A stretch of DNA of 64,000 nucleotides. It comes from Paragordius varius (lineage: Eukaryota > Animalia > Nematomorpha). Positions 11,301-27,200 of the stretch are shown here, piece by piece. Position numbers and translations under genes: made by a program. The notes beneath the pieces are model-generated. The model worked only from the letters and a program-made list of their open reading frames with translations. It did no database searches and was not told the origin of the DNA. The DNA lies in NCBI GenBank assembly GCA_964247055.1, contig OZ176052.1:14074001-14138000 (forward strand), in the 5' to 3' direction. Position 1 is the first letter of the stretch. Each line of letters begins with the position of its first letter.

Positions 11301-14300
11301 AAAAAATTCAAAAAAATTACATTTATACTCCGATCTCGAAAATATTTGGGGTGATGATGGAACTACCATAGGGCTACCCAAAAAAAATTATGGCGACATC
11401 ACCAGATCAAATTTGGATTTTAGGTAACCATTTTTATTTTTAATATCGTATAAAATAAATTTTTTAAATATTTAAAAAATTCATAAAAATTACATTTATA
11501 GTCCGATCCCCAAAATATTTGGGGTGATGATGGAACTACCATAGGGCTACCCAAAAAAAATTATAGTGACATCACCTGATCAAATTTAGATTTTAGGTAG
11601 CCATTTTAATTTTTAAAATCGTATAAAATAAATTTTTTAAATATTTAAAAAATTCAAAAAAATTACATTTTAACTCCGATCTCGAAAATATTTGGGGTGA
11701 TGATGGAACTACCATAGGGCTACCCAAAAAAAATTATGGCGACATCACCTGATCAAATTTGGATTTTAGGTAGCCATTTTTATTTTTAAAATCGTATAAA
11801 ATAAATTTTTTAAATATTTAAAAAATTCATAAAAATTACATTTATAGTCCGATCCCCAAAATATTTGAGGTGATGATGTAACAACCATAGGGCTACGCAA
11901 AAAAAATTTAGCGACATCACCTGATCAAATTTGGATTTTAGGTAGCCATTTTTATTTTTAAAATCGTATAAAATAAATTTTTTAAATATTTAAAAAATTC
12001 AAAAAAATTACATTTATACTCCGATCTCGAAAATATTTGGGGTGATGATGGAACTACTATAGGGCTACCCAAAAAAAATTATGGCGACATCACCTGATCA
12101 AATTTGGATTTTAGGTAGCCATTTTTATTTTTAAAATCGTATAAAATAAATTTTTTAAATATTTAAAAAATTCATAAAAATTACATTTATACTCCGATCT
12201 CGAAAATATTTGGGGTGATGATGGAACTACCATAGGGCTACCCAAAAAAAATTATAGTGACATCACCTGATCAAATTTGGATTTTAGGTAGCCATTTTTA
12301 TTTTTAAAATCGTATAAAATAAATTTTTTAAATATTTAAAAAATTCATAAAAATTACATTTATAGTCCGATCACAATATTTGGTATGATGATGGAACTAC
12401 CATAGGGCTACCCAAAAAAAATTATAGTGACATCACCTGATCAAATTTGGATTTTAGGTAGCCATTTTTATTTTTAAAATCGTATAAAATAAATTTTTTA
12501 AATATTTAAAAAATTCATAAATATTACATTTATAGTCCGATCCCCAAAATATTTGGGGTGATGATGGAACAACCATAGGGCTACGCAAAAAAAATTATGG
12601 CGACATCACCTGATCAAATTTGGATTTTAGGTAGCCATTTTTATTTTTAAAATCGTATAAAATAAATTTTTTAAATATTTAAAAAATTCAAAAAAATTAC
12701 ATTTATACTCCGATCTCGAAAATATTTGGGGTGATGATGGAACTACCATAGGGCTACCCAAAAAAAATTATGGCGACATCACCTGATCAAATTTGGATTT
12801 TAGGTAGCCATTTTTATTTTTAAAATCGTATAAAATAAATTTTTTAAATGTTTAAAAAATTCATAAAAATTACATTTATAGTCCGATCCCCAAAATATTT
12901 GGGGTGATGATGGAATTACCATAGGGCTACCCAAAAAAAATTATGGTGACATCACCTGATCAAATTTGGATTTTAGGTAGCCATTTTTATTTTTAAAATC
13001 GTATAAAATAAATTTTTTAAATGTTTAAAAAATTCATAAAAATTACATTTATAGTCCGATCCCCAAAATATTTGGGGTGATGATGGAACTACCATAGGGC
13101 TACCCAAAAAAAATTATAGTGACATCACCTGATCAAATTTGGATTTTAGGTAGCCATTTTTATTTTTAAAATCGTATAAAATAAATTTTTTAAATATTTA
13201 AAAAATTCATAAAAATTACATTTATAGTCCGATCCCCAAAATATTTGGGGTGATGATGGAACAACCATAGGGCTACGCAAAAAAAATTATGGCGACATCA
13301 CCTGATCAAATTTGGATTTTAGGTAGCCATTTTTATTTTTAAAATCGTATAAAATAAATTTTTTAAATATTTAAAAAATTCAAAAAAATTACATTTATAC
13401 TCCGATCCCCAAAATATTTGGGGTGATGATGGAATTACCATAGGGCTACCCAAAAAAAATTATGGTGACATCACCTGATCAAATTTGGATTTTAGGTAGC
13501 CATTTTTATTTTTAAAATCGTATAAAATAATTTTTTAAATGTTTAAAAAATTCATAAAAATTACATTTATAGTCCGATCCCCAAAATATTTGGGGTGATG
13601 ATGGAATTACCATAGGGCTACCCAAAAAAATTATGGTGACATCACCTGATCAAATTTGGATTTTAGGTAGCCATTTTTATTTTTAATATCGTATAAAATA
13701 AATTTTTTAAATATTTAAAAAATTCAAAAAAATTACATTTATACTCCGATCCCCAAAATATTTGGGGTGATGATGGAATTACCATAGGGCTACCCAAAAA
13801 AAATTATGGCGACATCACCTGATCAAATTTGGATTTAAGGTAGCCATTTTTATTTTTAAAATCGTATAAAATAAATTTTTTAAATATTTAAAAAATTCAA
13901 AAAAATTACATTTATACTCCGATCCCCAAAATATTTGGGGTGATGATGGAATTACCATAGGGCTACCCAAAAAAAATTATGGTGACATCACCTGATCAAA
14001 TTTGGATTTTAGGCCATTTTTATTTTTAAAATCGTATAAAATAAATTTTTTAAATATTTAAAAAATTCATAAAAATTACATTTATACTCCGATCTCGAAA
14101 ATATTTGGGGTTATGATGGAACTACCATAGGGCTACCCAAAAAAAATTATGGCGACATCACCAGATCAAATTTGGATTTTAGGTAGCCATTTTTATTTTT
14201 AAAATCGTATAAAATAAATTTTTTAAATGTTTAAAAAATTCATAAAAATTACATTTATAGTCCGATCCCCAAAATATTTGGGGTGATGATGGAATTACCA

Positions 14301-17300
14301 TAGGGCTACCCAAAAAAATTATGGTGACATCACCTGATCAAATTTGGATTTTAGGTAGCCATTTTTATTTTTAATATCGTATAAAATAAATTTTTTAAAT
14401 ATTTAAAAAATTCATAAAAATTACATTTATAGTCCGATCCCCAAAATATTTGGGGTGATGATGGAACTACCATAGGGCTACCCAAAAAAAATTATAGTGA
14501 CATCACCTGATCAAATTTGGATATTAGGTAGCCATTTTTATTTTTAATATCGTATAAAATAAATTTTTTAAATATTTAAAAAATTCATAAAAATTACATT
14601 TATAGTCCGATCCCCAAAATATTTGAGGTGATGATGGAACAACCATAGGGCTACGCAAAAAAAATTATGGCGACATTACCTGATCAAATTTGGATTTTAG
14701 GTAGCCATTTTTATTTTTAAAATCGTATAAAATAAATTTTTTAAATATTTAAAAAATTCAAAAAAATTACATTTATACTCCGATCTCGAAAATATTTGGG
14801 GTGATGATGGAACTACCATAGGGCTACCCAAAAAAAATTATGGCGACATCACCTGATCAAATTTGGATTTTAGGTAGTCATTTTTATTTTTAAAATCCTA
14901 TAAAATAAATTTTTTAAATATTTAAAAAATTCATAAAAATTACATTTATACTCCGATATCGAAAATATTTGGGGTGATGATGGAACTACCATAGGGCTAC
15001 CCAAAAAAAATTATAGTGACATCACCTGATCAGATTTGGATTTTAGATAAACCATTTTTATTTTTAATATCGTATAAAATAAATTTTTTAAATATTTAAA
15101 AAATTCATAAAAATTACATTTATAGTCCGATCCCCAAAATATTTGGGGTGATGATGGAACTACCATAGGGCTACCCAAAAAAAATTATAGTGACATCACC
15201 TGATCAAATTTGGATTTTAGGTAGCCATTTTTATTTTTAAAATCGTATAAAATAAATTTTTTAAATATTTAAAGAATTCATAAAAATTACATTTATAGTC
15301 CGATCCCCAAAGTATTTGGGGTGATTATGGAACTACCATAGGGCTACCCAAAAAAATTATGGCGACATCACCTGATCAAATTTGGATTTTAGGTAGCCAT
15401 TTTTATTTTTAAAATCGTATAAAATAAATTTTTTAAATATTTAAAAAATTCATAAAAATTACATTTATAGTCCGATCTCGACAATATTTGGGGTGATGAT
15501 GGAATTACCATAGGGCTACCCAAAAAAAATTATGGTGATATCACCTGATCAAATTTGGATTTTAGGTAGCCATTTTTATTTTTAAAATCGTATAAAATAA
15601 ATTTTTTAAATATTTAAAAAATTCATAAAAATTACATTTATACTCCGATCTCGAAAATATTTGGGGTGATGATGGAACTACCATAGGGCTACCCAAAAAA
15701 ATTATGGTGACATCACCTGATCAATTTTGGATTTTAGGTAGCCATTTTTATTTTTAAAATCGTATAAAATAAATTTTTTAAATATTTAAAAAATTCATAA
15801 AAATTACATTTATACTCCGATCTCGAAAATATTTGGGGTGATGATGGAACTACCATAGGGCTACCCAAAAAAAATTATAGTGACATCACCTGATCAAATT
15901 TGGATTTTAGGTAGCCATTTTTATTTTTAAAATCGTATAAAATAAATTTTTTAAATATTTAAAAAATTGATAAAAATTACATTTATAGTCCGATCCCCAA
16001 AATATTTGGGGTGATGATGGAACTACCATAGGGCTACCCAAAAAAAATTATGGTGACATCACCTGATCAAATTTGGATTTTAGGTAGCCATTTTTATTTT
16101 TAAAATCATATAAAATAAATTTTTTAAATATTTAAAAAATTCATAAAAATTACATTTATACTCCGATCTCGAAAATATTTGGGGTGATGATGGAACTACC
16201 ATAGGGCTACCCAAAAAAAATTATGGTGACATCACCTGATCAAATTTGGATTTTAGGTAGCCATTTTTATTTTTAAAATCGTATAAAATAAATTTTTTAA
16301 ATATTTAAAAAATTCATAAAAGTTACATTTATAGTCCGATCCCCAAAATATTTGTGGTGATGATGGAACTACCATAGGGCTACCCAAAAAAAATTATGGT
16401 GACATCACCTGATCAAATTTGGATTTTAGGTAGCCATTTTTATTTTTCAAATCGTATAAAATAAATTTTTTAAATATTTAAAAAATTCAAAAAAATTACA
16501 TTTATACTCCGATCTCGACAATATTTGGGGTGATGATGGAATTACCATAGGGCTACCCAAAAAAAATTATGGTGACATCACCTGATCAAATTTGGATTTT
16601 AGGTAGCCATTTTTATTTTTAAAATCGTATAAAATAAATTTTTTAAATATTTAAAAAATTCATAAAAATTACATTTATACTCCGATCTCGAAAATATTTG
16701 GGGTGATGATGGAACTACCATAGGGCTACCCAAAAAAAATTATGGTGACATCACATGATCAAATTTGGATTTTAGGTAGCCATTTTTATTTTTAAAATCG
16801 TATAAAATAAATTTTTTAAATATTTAAAAAATTCATAAAAATTACATTTATACTCCGATCTCGATAATATTTGGGGTGATGATGGAACTACCATAGGGCT
16901 ACCCAAAAAAAATTATAGTGACATCACCTGATCAAATTTGGATTTTAGGTAGCCATTTTTTTTAAAATCGTATAAAATAAATTTTTTAAATATTTAAAAA
17001 ATTCATAAAAATTACATTTATAGTCCGATCCCCAAAATATTTGGGGTGATGATGGAATTACCATAGGGCTACCCAAAAAAAATTATGGTGACATCACCTG
17101 ATCAAATTTGGATTTTAGGTAGCCATTTTTATTTTTAATATCGTATAAAATAAATTTTTTAAATATTTAAAAAATTCATAAAAATTACATTTATAGTCTG
17201 ATCCCCAAAATATTTGAGGTGATGATGGAACAACCATAGGGCTACGCAAAAAAAATTTAGCGACATCACCTGATCAAATTTGGATTTTAGGTAGCCATTT

Positions 17301-20300
17301 TTATTTTTAAAATCGTATAAAATAAATTTTTTAAATATTTAAAAAATTCAAAAAAATTACATTTATACTCCGATCTCGAAAATATTTGGGGTGATGATGG
17401 AACTACCATAGGGCTACCCAAAAAAAATTATAGTGACATCACCTGATCAAATTTGGATTTTAGGTAGCCATTTTTATTTTTAAAATCGTATAAAATAAAT
17501 TTTTTAAATATTTAAAAAATTCATAAAAATTACATTTATAGTCCGATCCCCAAAATATTTGGGGTGATGATGGAATTACCATAGGGCTACCCAAAAAAAA
17601 TTATGGTGACATCACCTGATCAAATTTGGATTTTAGGTAGCCATTTTTATTTTTAATATCGTATAAAATAAATTTTTTAAATATTTAAAAAATTCAAAAA
17701 AATTACATTTATACTCCGATCTCGAAAATATTTGGGGTGATGATGGAACTACCATAGGGCTACCCAAAAAAAATTAAGGCGACATCACCAGATCAAATTT
17801 GGATTTTAGGTAGCCATTTTTATTTTTAAAATCATATAAAATAAATTTTTTAAATATTTAAAAAATTCATAAAAATTACATTTATACTCCGATCTCGAAA
17901 ATATTTGGGGTGATGATGGAACTACCATAGGGCTACCCAAAAAAAATTATGGTGACATCACCTGATCAAATTTGGATTTTAGGTAGCCATTTTTATTTTT
18001 AAAATCGTATAAAATAAATTTTTTAAATATTTAAAAAATTCATAAAAGTTACATTTATAGTCCGATCCCCAAAATATTTGTGGTGATGATGGAACTACCA
18101 TAGGGCTACCCAAAAAAAATTATGGTGACATCACCTGATCAAATTTGGATTTTAGGTAGCCATTTTTATTTTTCAAATCGTATAAAATAAATTTTTTAAA
18201 TATTTAAAAAATTCAAAAAAATTACATTTATACTCCGATCTCGACAATATTTGGGGTGATGATGGAATTACCATAGGGCTACCCAAAAAAAATTATGGTG
18301 ACATCACCTGATCAAATTTGGATTTTAGGTAGCCATTTTTATTTTTAATATCGTATAAAATAAATTTTTTAAATATTTAAAAAATTCATAAAAATTACAT
18401 TTATAGTCCGATCTCGAAAATATTTGGGGTGATGATGGAACTACCATAGGGCTACCCAAAAAAAATTATGGTGACATCACCTGATCAATTTTGGATTTTA
18501 GGTAGCCATTTTTATTTTTAAAATCGTATAAAATAAATTTTTTAAATATTTAAAAAATTCATAAAAATTACATTTATACTCCGATCTCGAAAATATTTGG
18601 GGTGATGATGGAACTACCATAGGGCTACCCAAAAAAAATTATAGTGACATCACCTGATCAAATTTGGATTTTAGGTAGCCATTTTTATTTTTAAAATCGT
18701 ATAAAATAAATTTTTTAAATATTTAAAAAATTCATAAAAATTACATTTATAGTCCGATCCCCAAAATATTTGGGGTGATGATGGAACTACCATAGGGCTA
18801 CCCAAAAAAAATTATGGTGACATCACCTGATCAAATTTGGATTTTAGGTAGCCATTTTTATTTTTAAAATCATATAAAATAAATTTTTTAAATATTTAAA
18901 AAATTCATAAAAATTACATTTATACTCCGATCTCGAAAATATTTGGGGTGATGATGGAACTACCATAGGGCTACCCAAAAAAAATTATGGTGACATCACC
19001 TGATCAAATTTGGATTTTAGGTAGCCATTTTTATTTTTAAAATCGTATAAAATAAATTTTTTAAATATTTAAAAAATTCATAAAAGTTACATTTATAGTC
19101 CGATCCCCAAAATATTTGTGGTGATGATGGAACTACCATAGGGCTACCCAAAAAAAATTATGGTGACATCACCTGATTAAATTTGGATTTTAGGTAGCCA
19201 TTTTTATTTTTCAAATCGTATAAAATAAATTTTTTAAATATTTAAAAAATTCAAAAAAATTACATTTATACTCCGATCTCGACAATATTTGGGGTGATGA
19301 TGGAATTACCATAGGGCTACCCAAAAAAAATTATGGTGACATCACCTGATCAAATTTGGATTTTAGGTAGCCATTTTTATTTTTAAAATCGTATAAAATA
19401 AATTTTTTAAATATTTAAAAAATTCATAAAAATTACATTTATACTCCGATCTCGAAAATATTTGGGGTGATGATGGAACTACCATAGCGCTACCCAAAAA
19501 AAATTATGGTGACATCACCTGATCAAATTTGGATTTTAGGTAGCCATTTTTATTTTTAAAATCGTATAAAATAAATTTTTTAAATATTTAAAAAATTCAT
19601 AAAAGTTACATTTATAGTCCGATCCCCAAAATATTTGTGGTGATGATGGAACTACCATAGGGCTACCCAAAAAAAATTATGGTGACATCACATGATCAAA
19701 TTTGGATTTTAGGTAGCCATTTTTATTTTTAAAATCGTATAAAATAAATTTTTTAAATATTTAAAAAATTCATAAAAATTACATTTATACTCCGATCTCG
19801 AAAATATTTGGGGTGATGATGGAACTACCATAGGGCTACCCAAAAAAAATTATAGTGACATCACCTGATCAAATTTGGATTTTAGGTAGCCATTTTTATT
19901 TTTAAAATCGTATAAAATAAATTTTTTAAATATTTAAAAAATTCATAAAAATTACATTTATAGTCCGATCCCCAAAATATTTGGGGTGATGATGGAATTA
20001 CCATAGGGCTACCCAAAAAAAATTATGGTGACATCACCTGATCAAATTTGGATTTTAGGTAGCCATTTTTATTTTTAATATCGTATAAAATAAATTTTTT
20101 AAATATTTAAAAAATTCATAAAAATTACATTTATAGTCTGATCCCCAAAATATTTGAGGTGATGATGGAACAACCATAGGGCTACGCAAAAAAAATTTAG
20201 CGACATCACCTGATCAAATTTGGATTTTAGGTAGCCATTTTTATTTTTAAAATCGTATAAAATAAATTTTTTAAATATTTAAAAAATTCAAAAAAATTAC

Positions 20301-23300
20301 ATTTATACTCCGATCTCGAAAATATTTGGGGTGATGATGGAACTACCATAGGGCTACCCAAAAAAAATTATAGTGACATCACCTGATCAAATTTGGATTT
20401 TAGGTAGCCATTTTTATTTTTAAAATCGTATAAAATAAATTTTTTAAATATTTAAAAAATTCATAAAAATTACATTTATAGTCCGATCCCCAAAATATTT
20501 GGGGTGATGATGGAATTACCATAGGGCTACCCAAAAAAAATTATGGTGACATCACCTGATCAAATTTGGATTTTAGGTAGCCATTTTTATTTTTAATATC
20601 GTATAAAATAAATTTTTTAAATATTTAAAAAATTCAAAAAAATTACATTTATACTCCGATCTCGAAAATATTTGGGGTGATGATGGAACTACCATAGGGC
20701 TACCCAAAAAAAATTATGGCGACATCACCAGATCAAATTTGGATTTTAGGTAACCATTTTTATTTTTAATATCGTATAAAATAAATTTTTTAAATATTTA
20801 AAAAATTCATAAAAATTACATTTATAGTCCGATCCCCAAAATATTTGGGGTGATGATGGAACTACCATAGGGCTAAATTATAGTGACATCACCTGATCAA
20901 ATTTAGATTTTAGGTAGCCATTTTAATTTTTAAAATCGTATAAAATAAATTTTTTAAATATTTAAAAAATTCAAAAAAATTACATTTATACTCCGATCTC
21001 GAAAATATTTGGGGTGATGATGGAACTACCATAGGGCTACCCAAAAAAAATTATGGCGACATCACCTGATCAAATTTGGATTTTAGGTAGCCATTTTTAT
21101 TTTTAAAATCGTATGAAATAAATTTTTTAAATATTTAAAAAATTCATAAAAATTACATTTATACTCCGATCTCGAAAATATTTGGGGTGATGATGGAACT
21201 ACCATAGGGCTACCCAAAAAAAATTATAGTGACATCACCTGATCAAATTTGGATTTTAGGTAGCCATTTTTATTTTTAAAATCGTATAAAATAAATTTTT
21301 TAAATATTTAAAAAATTCATAAAAATTACATTTATAGTCCGATCACAATATTTGGTATGATGATGGAACTACCATAGGGCTACCCAAAAAAAATTATAGT
21401 GACATCACCTGATCAAATTTGGATTTTAGGTAGCCATTTTTATTTTTAAAATCGTATAAAATAAATTTTTTTAATATTTAAAAAATTCATAAAAATTACA
21501 TTTATAGTCCGATCCCCAAAATATTTGGGGTGATGATGGAACAACCATAGGGCTACGCAAAAAAAATTATGGCGACATCACCTGATCAAATTTGGATTTT
21601 AGGTAGCCATTTTTATTTTTAAAATCGTATAAAATAAATTTTTTAAATATTTAAAAAATTCAAAAAAATTACATTTATACTCCGATCTCGAAAATATTTG
21701 GGGTGATGATGGAATTACCATAGGGCTACCCAAAAAAATTATGGTGACATCACCTGATCAAATTTGGATTTTAGGTAGCCATTTTTATTTTTAAAATCGT
21801 ATAAAATAATTTTTTAAATGTTTAAAAAATTCATAAAAATTACATTTATAGTCCGATCCCCAAAATATTTGGGGTGATGATGGAATTACCATAGGGCTAC
21901 CCAAAAAAATTATGGTGACATCACCTGATCAAATTTGGATTTTAGGTAGCCATTTTTATTTTTAATATCGTATAAAATAAATTTTTTAAATATTTAAAAA
22001 ATTCATAAAAATTACATTTATAGTCCGATCCCCAAAATATTTGGGGTGATGATGGAACTACCATAGGGCTACCCAAAAAAAATTATAATGACATCACCTG
22101 ATCAAATTTGGATTTTAGGTAGCCATTTTTATTTTTAATATCGTATAAAATAAATTTTTTAAATATTTAAAAAATTCAAAAAAATTACATTTATACTCCG
22201 ATCTCGAAAATATTTGGGGTGATGATGGAACTACCATAGGGCTACCCAAAAAAAATTATGGCGACATCACCTGATCAAATTTGGATTTTAGGTAGCCATT
22301 TTTATTTTTAAAATCGTATAAAATAAATTTTTTAAATATTTAAAAAATTCATAAAAATTACATTTATACTCCGATCTCGAAAATATTTGGGGTGATGATG
22401 GAACTACCATAGGGCTACCCAAAAAAAATTATAGTGACATCACCTGATCAGATTTGGATTTTAGGTAGCCATTTTTATTTTTAAAATCGTATAAAATAAA
22501 TTTTTTAAATATTTAAAAAATTCATAAAAATTACATTTATAGTCCGATCACAATATTTGGGGTGATGATGGAACTACCATAGGGCTACCCAAAAAAAATT
22601 ATAGTGACATCACCTGATCAAATTTGGATTTTAGTTAGCCATTTTTATTTTTAAAATCGTATAAAATAAATTTTTTAAATATTTAAAAAATTCATAAAAA
22701 TTACATTTATAGTCCGATCCCCAAAATATTTGGGGTGATGATGGAACAACCATAGGGCTACGCAAAAAAAATTATGGCGACATCACCTGATCAAATTTGG
22801 ATTTAAGGTAGCCATTTTTATTTTTAAAATCGTATAAAATAAATTTTTTAAATATTTAAAAAATTCAAAAAAATTACATTTATACTCCGATCCCCAAAAT
22901 ATTTGGGGTGATGATGGAATTACCATAGGGCTACCCAAAAAAAATTATGGTGACATCACCTGATCAAATTTGGATTTTAGGCCATTTTTATTTTTAAAAT
23001 CGTATAAAATAAATTTTTTAAATATTTAAAAAATTCATAAAAATTACATTTATACTCCGATCTCGAAAATATTTGGGGTGATGATGGAACTACCATAGGG
23101 CTACCCAAAAAAAATTATGGCGACATCACCAGATCAAATTTGGATTTTAGGTAGCCATTTTTATTTTTAAAATCGTATAAAATAAATTTTTTAAATATTT
23201 AAAAAATTCATAAAAATTACATTTATAGTCCGATCCCCAAAATATTTGGGGTGATGATGGAACTACCATAGGGCTACCCAAAAAAAATTATGGTGACATC

Positions 23301-24200
23301 ACATGATCAAATTTGGATTTTAGGTAGCCATTTTTATTTTTAAAATCGTATAAAATAAATTTTTTAAATATTTAAAAAATTCATAAAAATTACATTTATA
23401 GTCCGATCCCCAAAATATTTGGGGTGATGATGGAACTACCATAGGGCTACCCAAAAAAAATTATAGTGACATCACCTGATCAAATTTGGATATTAGGTAG
23501 CCATTTTTATTTTTAATATCGTATAAAATAAATTTTTTAAATATTTAAAAAATTCATAAAAATTACATTTATAGTCCGATCCCCAAAATATTTGAGGTGA
23601 TGATGGAACAACCATAGGGCTACGCAAAAAAAATTATGGCGACATCACCTGATCAAATTTGGATTTTAGGTAGCCATTTTTATTTTTAAAATCGTATAAA
23701 ATAAATTTTTTAAATATTTAAAAAATTCAAAAAAATTACATTTATACTCCGATCTCGAAAATATTTGGGGTGATGATGGAACTACCATAGGGCTACCCAA
23801 AAAAAATTATGGCGACATCACTTGATCAAATTTGGATTTTAGGTAGTCATTTTTATTTTTAAAATCGTATAAAATAAATTTTTTAAATATTTAAAAAATT
23901 CATAAAAATTACATTTATACTCCGATATCGAAAATATTTGGGGTGATGATGGAACTACCATAGGGCTACCCAAAAAAAATTATAGTGACATCACCTGATC
24001 AAATTTGGATTTTAGATAAACCATTTTTATTTTTAATATCGTATAAAATAAATTTTTTAAATATTTAAAAAATTCATAAAAATTACATTTATAGTCCGAT
24101 CCCCAAAATATTTGGGGTGATGATGGAACTACCATAGGGCTACCCAAAAAAAATTATAGTGACATCACCTGATAAAATTTGGATTTTAGGTAGCCATTTT
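5560..24200 (+). repeat. Older ~9-9.7 kb tandem block duplication (~5.6-15.2 kb vs ~15.2-24.2 kb), internally rearranged
   Basis: Offset 9672-9673 at GAATTC 5601/15274, TCAATTTT 6049/15721, ATCATA 6435/16107 and GTCTGAT 10464/20136. Offset 8968-8972 at TCACAAT 12371/21343, AGGCC 14011/22979, CCGATATC 14952/23921 and TTAGATAAACC 15042/24011. Confidence 0.8.
7990..10760 (+). repeat. Tandem duplication of an 8-monomer block (1383 bp x2)
   Basis: TTAATAAAA 8022/9405, CGAATA 8681/10064, GTCTGAT 9081/10464, all offset 1383. Confidence 0.9.
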
Positions 24201-27200
24201 TATTTTTAAAATCGTATAAAATAAATTTTTTAAATATTTAAAAAATTCATAAAAATTACATTTATAGTCCGATCCCCAAAATATTTGGGGTGATGATGGA
24301 ACTACCATAGGGCTACCCAAAAAAAATTATGGTGACATCACCTGATCAAATTTGGATTTTAGGTAGCCATTTTTATTTTTAAAATCGTATAAAATAAATT
24401 TTTTAAATATTTAAAAAATTCATAAAAATTACATTTATACTCCGATCTCGAAAATATTTGGGGTGATGATGGAACTACCATAGGACTACCCAAAAAAAAT
24501 TATAGTGACATCACCTGATCAAATTTGGATTTTAGGTAGCCATTTTTATTTTTAAAATCGTATAAAATAAATTTTTTAAATATTTAAAAAATTCATAAAA
24601 ATTACATTTATAGTCCGATCCCCAAAATATTTGAGGTGATGATGGAACAACCATAAAGCTACGCAAAAAGAATTATGGCGACATCACCTGATCAAATTTG
24701 GATTTTAGGTAGCCATTTTTATTTTTAAAATCGTATAAAATAAATTTTTTAAATATTTAAAAAATTCATAAAAATTACATTTATACTCCGATCTCGAAAA
24801 TATTTGGGGTGATGATGGAACTACCATAGGGCTACCCAAAAAAAATTATAGTGACATCACCTGATCAAATTTGGATTTTAGGTAGCCATTTTTATTTTTA
24901 AAATCGTATAAAATAAATTTTTTAAATATTTAAAAAATTCATAAAAATTACATTTATAGTCCGATCCCCAAAATATTTGGGGTGATGATGGAATTACCAT
25001 AGGGCTACCCAAAAAAAATTATGGTGACATCAGCTGATCAAATTTGGATTTTAGGTAGCCATTTTTATTTTTAATATCGTATAAAATAAATTTTTTAAAT
25101 ATTTAAAAAATTCATAAAAATTACATTTATAGTCCGATCCCCAAAATATTTGAGGTGATGATGGAACAACCATAGGGCTACGCAAAAAAAATTATGGCGA
25201 CATCACCTGATCAAATTTGGAATTTAGGTAGCCATTTTTATTTTTAAAATCGTATAAAATAAATTTTTTAAATATTTAATAAATTCAAAAAAATTACATT
25301 TATACTCCGATCTCGAAAATATTTGGGGTGATGATGGAACTACCATAGGGCTACCCAAAAAAAATTATGGCGACATCACCTGATCAAATTTGGATTTTAG
25401 GTAGCCATTTTTATTTTTAAAATCGTATAAAATAAATTTTTTAAATATTTAAAAAATTCATAAAAATTACATTTATACTCCGATCTCGAAAATATTTGGG
25501 GTGATGATGGAACTACCATAGGACTACCCAAAAAAAATTATAGTGACATCACCTGATCAAATTTGGATTTTAGGTAACCATTTTTATTTTTAATATCGTA
25601 TAAAATAAATTTTTTAAATATTTAAAAAATTCATAAAAATTACATTTATAGTCCGATCCCCAAAATATTTGGGGTGATGATGGAACTACCATAGGGCTAC
25701 CCAAAAAAAATTATAGTGACATCACCTGATCAAATTTGGATTTTAGGTAGCCATTTTTATTTTTAAAATCGTATAAAATAAATTTTTTAAATATTTAAAA
25801 AATTCAAAAAAATTACATTTATACTCCGATCTCGAAAATATTTTGGGTGATGATGGAACTACCATAGGGCTACCCAAAAAAAATTATGGCGACATCACCT
25901 GATCAAATTTGGATTTTAGGTAGCCATTTTTATTTTTAAAATCGTATAAAATAAATTTTTTAAATGTTTAAAAAATTCATAAAAATTACATTTATAGTCC
26001 GATCCCCAAAATATTTGGGGTGATGATGGAATTACCATAGGGCTACCCAAAAAAATTATGGTGACATCACCTGATCAAATTTTGATTTTAGGTAGCCATT
26101 TTTATTTTTAAAATCGTATAAAATAAATTTTTTAAATATTTAAAAAATTCATAAAAATTACATTTATACTCCGATCTCGAAAATATTTGGGGTGATGATG
26201 GAACTACCATAGGGCTACCCAAAAAAAATTATAGTGACATCACCTGATCAAATTTGGATTTTAGGTAACCATTTTTATTTTTAATATCGTATAAAATAAA
26301 TTTTTTAAATATTTAAAAAATTCATAAAAATTACATTTATAGTCCGATCCCCAAAATATTTGGGGTGATGATGGAACTACCATAGGGCTACCCAAAAAAA
26401 ATTATAGTGACATCACCTGATAAAATTTGGATTTTAGGTAGCCATTTTTATTTTTAAAATCGTATAAAATAAATTTTTTAAATATTTAAAAAATTCATAA
26501 AAATTACATTTATAGTCCGATCCCCAAAATATTTGGGGTGATGATGGAACTACCATAGGGCTACCCAAAAAAAATTATGGTGACATCACCTGATCAAATT
26601 TGGATTTTAGGTAGCCATTTTTATTTTTAAAATCGTATAAAATAAATTTTTTAAATATTTAAAAAATTCATAAAAATTACATTTATACTCCGATCTCGAA
26701 AATATTTGGGGTGATGATGGAACTACCATAGGACTACCCAAAAAAAATTATAGTGACATCACCTGATCAAATTTGGATTTTAGGTAGCCATTTTTATTTT
26801 TAAAATCGTATAAAATAAATTTTTTAAATATTTAAAAAATTCATAAAAATTACATTTATAGTCCGATCCCCAAAATATTTGAGGTGATGATGGAACAACC
26901 ATAGGGCTACGCAAAAAGAATTATGGCGACATCACCTGATCAAATTTGGATTTAGGTAGCCATTTTTATTTTTAAAATCGTATAAAATAAATTTTTTAAA
27001 TATTTAAAAAATTCATAAAAATTACATTTATACTCCGATCTCGAAAATATTTGGGGTGATGATGGAACTACCATAGGGCTACCCAAAAAAAATTATAGTG
27101 ACATCACCTGATCAAATTTGGATTTTAGGTAGCCATTTTTATTTTTAAAATCGTATAAAATAAATTTTTTAAATATTTAAAAAATTCATAAAAATTACAT

